From Prochlorococcus marinus subsp. pastoris str. CCMP1986 (GTDB lineage Bacteria > Cyanobacteriota > Cyanobacteriia > PCC-6307 > Cyanobiaceae), in NCBI RefSeq assembly GCF_000011465.1, contig NC_005072.1, forward strand, positions 330,001-362,000: 32,000 nt of DNA, read 5' to 3'. The translations under genes and the position numbers were made by a program. Below the pieces are notes generated by a model, which saw nothing but the letters and a program-made list of their open reading frames with translations, did not search any database and was not told where the DNA came from. Within the stretch, counting starts at the first letter, position 1; each line of letters begins with the position of its first letter. Below are positions 28,218-32,000 of this stretch, piece after piece.

Positions 28218-28490
28218 CTATGAGTAGACTTTGGCAACTAATGGACCAGCTTCCTCATCAGTAAATACAGGTGTGGTTTCCCAATTTAGAAATTCACCCC
28301 ATTCAGCGGCATGTTGATATATTGCTTTTGGATCATCAGTCTTTAAAACTATCCAACCCTCTAAAGAACCAGGTGCGTGATATCTTCCAATCATCTCAAC
28401 TCCAGGATAATCTCCCCCACCACCAAGAAATTTTTCTGCACCTTTTTGATGATATCCGGCCTTAAATGACCAATGCTGAACATAAAGCAT
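28218..28490 (-). CDS. DUF3303-like small alpha/beta barrel protein
   Basis: MIGRYHAPGSLEGWIVLKTDDPKAIYQHAAEWGEFLNWETTPVFTDEEAG. Confidence 0.65.
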   Translation of the reverse strand: MLYVQHWSFKAGYHQKGAEKFLGGGGDYPGVEMIGRYHAPGSLEGWIVLKTDDPKAIYQHAAEWGEFLNWETTPVFTDEEAGPLVAKVYS

Positions 28491-28574
28491 TTTATTTTTT
28501 AATTTTTATTGGCTTTCTATTACTAGCAAAATAAATAATTCCTGAAAATAAATATTACTAATTGCCCATTTTTT

Positions 28575-28590
28575 TAGATCGACTGTCAAT
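28575..28590 (-). repeat. conserved 16-mer motif, copy 3
   Basis: Minus strand ATTGACAGTCGATCTA exact. Confidence 0.9.
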
Positions 28591-28604
28591 GATAAAAGTT
28601 TGTA

Positions 28605-28650
28605 TCAAAAAAGAGGTTGAACTCAGCCTTTAAATGAAAACAACCTCTTT
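28605..28650 (-). terminator. rho-independent terminator of the tiny-ORF operon
   Basis: 10-bp perfect stem AAAGAGGTTG/CAACCTCTTT + T-run. Confidence 0.8.
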
Positions 28651-28691
28651 AGGAATACTTAGCTTATTTTTATTTAATAGGATTTGGCTGT

Positions 28692-28815
28692 TTAAACCAA
28701 TCTCATTAAATTCTCTGGTGGACTATCAATCATTTCTGATCCCTCCATTTGATTAACTAGAAATTACTATGGATAATATTTTCTGTATATCGGTATTAAT
28801 GCCGATTTTTAATAT
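28692..28815 (-). repeat. copy B of dispersed ~100-bp element (palindrome + SD + MIDSPPE tiny ORF)
   Basis: Minus strand AATCGGCATTAATACCGAT...GGAGGGATCAGAAATGATTGATAGTCCACC (tiny ORF 28692..28733 MIDSPPENLMRLV*). Confidence 0.6.
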
Positions 28816-28942
28816 AGAAAGCCAATACTAATAAAACTACAGTAAAACTTAAAACAATAATCCCAATGTCTGGTTGCTTTGCATTTGTGAAATAAGTAGG
28901 ATTTTCTACTGGAATTTCAATTATTTCTCCTTCTTCAATCAT
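28796..28942 (-). CDS. tiny-ORF operon gene 6: single-TM protein (48 aa)
   Basis: MIEEGEIIEIPVENPTYFTNAKQPDIGIIVLSFTVVLLVLAFYIKNRH*. Confidence 0.6.
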   Translation of the reverse strand: MIEEGEIIEIPVENPTYFTNAKQPDIGIIVLSFTVVLLVLAFYIKNRH

Positions 28943-29055
28943 TACTTATATGTATTGAGTAAAAATATATAAAATCCCAACAATACTAATGTTGCTGTAC
29001 CTACACCAATAACTGTAGCTGGTTGATTATTCCAAAGTTGATTAAAAAATTCCAT
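28942..29055 (-). CDS. tiny-ORF operon gene 5: single-TM protein (37 aa)
   Basis: MEFFNQLWNNQPATVIGVGTATLVLLGFYIFLLNTYK*; stop overlaps the next ATG (TAATG). Confidence 0.6.
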   Translation of the reverse strand: MEFFNQLWNNQPATVIGVGTATLVLLGFYIFLLNTYK

Positions 29056-29211
29056 TTATTTTAATTTTCTTGTTCCACCATAAGAATATTGGCTTTCTTT
29101 TGAAACAATATGCCAACACTTTTTACAGCAAAAAATCCACCTTTTATAATTTATAGATTTTACTCTGTAATGGATCACATCTTCCTTATTGCATAAATCA
29201 CACTTTTTCAT
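29056..29211 (-). CDS. tiny-ORF operon gene 4: Cys-rich zinc-ribbon-like protein (51 aa)
   Basis: MKKCDLCNKEDVIHYRVKSINYKRWIFCCKKCWHIVSKESQYSYGGTRKLK*; CxxC plus CCxxC. Confidence 0.65.
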   Translation of the reverse strand: MKKCDLCNKEDVIHYRVKSINYKRWIFCCKKCWHIVSKESQYSYGGTRKLK

Positions 29212-29297
29212 TTTTTTATCATTTTAAAAGTTAAATACGCAAAGCCACCAAGTAATAACAGACTAATAACTCCATAAGTAATTGCTATTCCATACAT
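29208..29297 (-). CDS. tiny-ORF operon gene 3: single-TM protein (29 aa)
   Basis: MYGIAITYGVISLLLLGGFAYLTFKMIKK*; ATGA overlap with gene 4. Confidence 0.55.
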   Translation of the reverse strand: MYGIAITYGVISLLLLGGFAYLTFKMIKK

Positions 29298-29299
29298 AA

Positions 29300-29485
29300 T
29301 TATTCTTCCGAGTTATATCTCAAAATAGTTGCAATTGAACTCTTGTCACTTGAGGTAAGTTCTCTATCTTGATATTTCCATTCAAACCATGTAATACATT
29401 CATTTAACTTTGGATTTTCCTTATAAGTTTTTTTCCAGTTTTGTATCCAATTGGCTAATGCACTTGCTTCATCTGTATTTAACAT
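29300..29485 (-). CDS. tiny-ORF operon gene 2: paralog of 9593..9781 (61 aa)
   Basis: ORF track plus alignment to 9593..9781. Confidence 0.7.
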   Translation of the reverse strand: MLNTDEASALANWIQNWKKTYKENPKLNECITWFEWKYQDRELTSSDKSSIATILRYNSEE

Positions 29486-29610
29486 TATCCATCTAACCTA
29501 TCTGCGTAATCTCTTAAAACTTCAGCCATCTTTTGGGGTGGAATTTCTTCTTGATATTCTCTACATAAATCAAAAAATTTATCTAAGAAATCTTTCATTG
29601 AAGAGGACAT
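29485..29610 (-). CDS. tiny-ORF operon gene 1 (41 aa)
   Basis: MSSSMKDFLDKFFDLCREYQEEIPPQKMAEVLRDYADRLDG*; TAATG overlap with gene 2. Confidence 0.6.
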   Translation of the reverse strand: MSSSMKDFLDKFFDLCREYQEEIPPQKMAEVLRDYADRLDG

Positions 29611-29639
29611 GAAAAAAGGGGCTTCTGTACCTTCTACTT

Positions 29640-29655
29640 TAGATCGACTGTCAAT
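29640..29655 (-). repeat. conserved 16-mer motif, copy 4
   Basis: Minus strand ATTGACAGTCGATCTA exact. Confidence 0.9.
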
Positions 29656-29689
29656 AAGTAACTTAATGGTTCAAGTAGTTAGTGTTTCA

Positions 29690-29971
29690 TTAACGATATA
29701 GAGCTACTGTTTCATCTAAATCTGCGCAAGGTTCAATAGTAATCTCCATTAATTCTCTCCAAGGTCGCCATTGACGCCAAATAGTTTCTAGAGAATCCGT
29801 ATTTACCACAGAGTAACCGTTTCCATGTTGAGGTAAGAAAATCCAAGATTTAACGTTATATCCCTCTGGTCTATTTTGTGGACCTCCTTTGTCGTACCAT
29901 TCAGTTAGCATTTTCGCCCCTTTCTCTTGGGCGTTTGCGTCAGAAAATTTATAAGAAATTAGAAAAAGCAT
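29690..29971 (-). CDS. DUF3303-like small alpha/beta barrel protein
   Basis: MLFLISYKFSDANAQEKGAKMLTEWYDKGGPQNRPEGYNVKSWIFLPQHGNGYSVVNTD. Confidence 0.6.
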   Translation of the reverse strand: MLFLISYKFSDANAQEKGAKMLTEWYDKGGPQNRPEGYNVKSWIFLPQHGNGYSVVNTDSLETIWRQWRPWRELMEITIEPCADLDETVALYR

Positions 29972-30001
29972 TAATGAAAATGAGCTAATTTGCCCTTATT
30001 T

Positions 30002-30017
30002 TAGATCGACTGTCAAT
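30002..30017 (-). repeat. conserved 16-mer motif, copy 5
   Basis: Minus strand ATTGACAGTCGATCTA exact, 1 nt after the stop codon of 30019..30486. Confidence 0.9.
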
Positions 30018-30018
30018 A

Positions 30019-30486
30019 TCAAATCCCTAGCTCTGTGAGTCCAGGAAAATCTTTTGGACGGGGTCCATCTCCCCATGTAAAAAGACAATCTTTTTTATCT
30101 ATAGAAATATCATTTATGCTCGCCTCTCTTCTACTCATTAAACCTGTTTCAGAAAATTCCCAATTTTCATTACCATATGCACGAAAATAATTAAATTCTG
30201 GATCGTGCCATTCATATTGAAAACGTACAGAAATTCTATTTTTATCATAAGCCCATAATTCTTTGATAAGTTTATAGTCAATTTCCTTGATCCATTTGCG
30301 TTTTAAAAACTCTATAATTTCTTCTCTTCCTTTAATAAATTCGCTTCTATTTCGCCAAAAACTATCTTCTGTATAAGCATGTGATACTGTTACAGGATCT
30401 TTTGTATTCCATGCATTTTCAGCTAATCTTACTTTTTTAATAGCTGTTTCAAAATTGAACGGAGGAATAGGTGGTTTTATTGACAT
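30019..30486 (-). CDS. DUF1348 / NTF2-like (SnoaL-fold) protein
   Basis: [74 protein letters not shown]. Confidence 0.85.
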   Translation of the reverse strand: MSIKPPIPPFNFETAIKKVRLAENAWNTKDPVTVSHAYTEDSFWRNRSEFIKGREEIIEFLKRKWIKEIDYKLIKELWAYDKNRISVRFQYEWHDPEFNYFRAYGNENWEFSETGLMSRREASINDISIDKKDCLFTWGDGPRPKDFPGLTELGI

Positions 30487-30640
30487 TTAATATTTAATAA
30501 ATTTACTTACTTAATAATATTTAGAAAAAACATCAATCGCCCCTATTTTTATATTGAAAATTTAAGAAACTTTTTTCTTTATAAGTTATTTTTAATTTGA
30601 AAAAAATATTTGCATAATTTCTTACAACTGGTAATTTTAG

Positions 30641-30871
30641 TTGACTTGGATAACTCAAATGCAAGATCAAAGAATTGAAAAGATAGCAGCAGTCACAGTA
30701 AACATAACTAAGGTTCTGGCAATAATTTATTTTGGCTTAGTAGAAGTATTTAAAATAGGCAAATTAACTAGAAAGATATTAGTTACTGAATCTAATAATT
30801 CTCAAAAATGGGCTTCAAAAACTTATTCAATTTTAAAAATACGACAAGCTAGACAAAAACTAGCAGCATAA
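30641..30871 (+). CDS. small hypothetical protein with TM
   Basis: ORF track, 76 aa. Confidence 0.45.
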   Translation: MTWITQMQDQRIEKIAAVTVNITKVLAIIYFGLVEVFKIGKLTRKILVTESNNSQKWASKTYSILKIRQARQKLAA

Positions 30872-31090
30872 AAAATTAGTTATTTTTAAGCCGCATTATA
30901 TTCATCCCTATCTTCAAGCTCTCTCATAAATCTTTTATCTCCTATAAAATATTTTTTTATATTTAACTTTTCAGCTTCCTTTGCACTTGAAGGCATCTTT
31001 AGCCATTCAATAGGTATATCTTTTTTATATTTTATTTCATCATTTTCCACTAATAAAAATTTTGGTTTGTTTTAAATGACTGTTTTAAAG

Positions 31091-31597
31091 TTAATTACGT
31101 TTCCTCATTTGTTCAAACATTGTTAGGTATTGAAGAGGAAATACATCCGCTAAGTTTTCAATCCTTTCATCATCTAACTCAACCCCTTCGGGCAGTTTTT
31201 TTATTAATTTTGGAATAGCCAATTTTGTAGCATCTTTACAAAAATTGATTCTATATACTGACTCTTTTTGAATGGTCTCTTTAATTGACCCATCTTTTTC
31301 AAAAATAGAATTTATATCGAGATTGTTTCCCTTCAAGAGAGCAATCAATACGCCATCAGCAATCCTAAGTGCTTCTTTTGAATCTTTTCCATTTTTAATC
31401 CCAAATACCCATGTGCAAGCACCTACTCCAAAAGCTCTTGCAATACATTCATCATTACCTATTTCATCACAAGGCAATTTGAATGAATCCTCAATTTTCT
31501 TTAAGTCATAACCTTTTTCTCCCTCTGGAAAACCAGCAGAAGTTTTAATTGGAGAAATTAAACTTATTAATAGTGATAGAAGAAATAATTTTTTCAT
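31091..31597 (-). CDS. secreted hypothetical protein
   Basis: Signal peptide MKKLFLLSLLISLISPIKTSAG. Confidence 0.6.
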   Translation of the reverse strand: MKKLFLLSLLISLISPIKTSAGFPEGEKGYDLKKIEDSFKLPCDEIGNDECIARAFGVGACTWVFGIKNGKDSKEALRIADGVLIALLKGNNLDINSIFEKDGSIKETIQKESVYRINFCKDATKLAIPKLIKKLPEGVELDDERIENLADVFPLQYLTMFEQMRKRN

Positions 31598-31661
31598 TTG
31601 GTAGAAGGATTTAAAAATAATTTGTTTTCTGATTTAACATTTAATTGTTTATGATCTCAGT

Positions 31662-31853
31662 ATGACTTTAAGTTCTTACAGAATGCATAGAATTTATCTG
31701 GCAGCGACCATGGGCTATGGCCTCGGTTCTGATGATCCTGAGGAAGTTGCATACTACAAGAAATTAAGGAAAGAAATGGATGAAATGAAGAAGGATGTGG
31801 TTAAAAAAGGTATCCCACTTACATGGGATATCCCAGATGGAATGGATAAATGA
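31662..31853 (+). CDS. small protein of duplicated cassette, copy 2 gene 1
   Basis: MTLSSYRMHRIYLAATMGYGLGSDDPEEVAYYKKLRKEMDEMKKDVVKKGIPLTWDIPDGMDK; paralog of 21856..22020. Confidence 0.75.
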   Translation: MTLSSYRMHRIYLAATMGYGLGSDDPEEVAYYKKLRKEMDEMKKDVVKKGIPLTWDIPDGMDK

Positions 31854-31945
31854 ATCTGAATACTTTTTTATTAATTGATGGGAGTCTTATGCTTATTGGA
31901 TTTCCTTTACTGATGATCCTCAAAGGCAAAAAGAGGACTCCCTAA
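31850..31945 (+). CDS. tiny membrane protein of duplicated cassette, copy 2 gene 2
   Basis: MNLNTFLLIDGSLMLIGFPLLMILKGKKRTP*; ATGA overlap with gene 1. Confidence 0.7.
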   Translation: MNLNTFLLIDGSLMLIGFPLLMILKGKKRTP

Positions 31946-32000
31946 TTCAATTATTTAACAGCGAAAGTTACTCCCATTACGGCAGTAATATCTTTCTTTA

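Noticed and set aside
27944-28465. Plus-strand ORFs 27944..28198 and 28271..28465
   Set aside because: Antisense to the minus-strand small genes 27904..28167 and 28218..28490
28575-30017. TTGACA within the 16-mer as a canonical sigma70 -35 box
   Set aside because: No consistent TATAAT-like -10 at 16-18 nt spacing across copies, and conservation extends through the GTCGATCTA that a -35 box would not explain
31272-31511. Plus-strand ORF of 79 aa
   Set aside because: Antisense to the secreted protein gene 31091..31597
1-32000. CRISPR array, transposase, tRNA or rRNA
   Set aside because: No regularly spaced direct repeats, no transposase-like ORF and no recognisable tRNA cloverleaf seen by eye; a tRNAscan-SE run would be needed to be certain

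Overview
AT-rich marine picocyanobacterial chromosome segment, most like a high-light Prochlorococcus (inferred from gene content and composition; no database check made). Recognisable genes: a Nif11-like protein fragment, two TatA/B-like genes, peroxiredoxin Q/BCP, an ArfB-like GGQ protein, a CPBP protease, GT11 and GT2 glycosyltransferases, proline iminopeptidase, TenA-like protein, thiD, a DUF985 cupin, a MarR regulator, a DsrE-like protein, a cupredoxin, and a complete cyanate operon cynA-cynB-cynD-cynS with an exact NtcA-type site upstream. Two ncRNAs are proposed in tandem, Yfr1-like and Yfr2-like, with mutually complementary segments. The accessory-looking parts hold the more novel signals: (1) an exactly conserved 16-mer ATTGACAGTCGATCTA occurring 5 times, always bordering small alpha/beta-barrel-like (DUF3303-type) or tiny genes; (2) a packed operon of six tiny ORFs, mostly missing from the supplied ORF track; (3) a ~100-bp element (palindrome, ~45 nt, GGAGG, then the start of a tiny ORF beginning MIDSPPE) found at two distant loci, each downstream of a paralogous ~61-aa ORF; (4) a two-gene tiny-ORF cassette duplicated in opposite orientation on either side of cynABDS. 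No tRNA, rRNA, CRISPR array or transposase was recognised.
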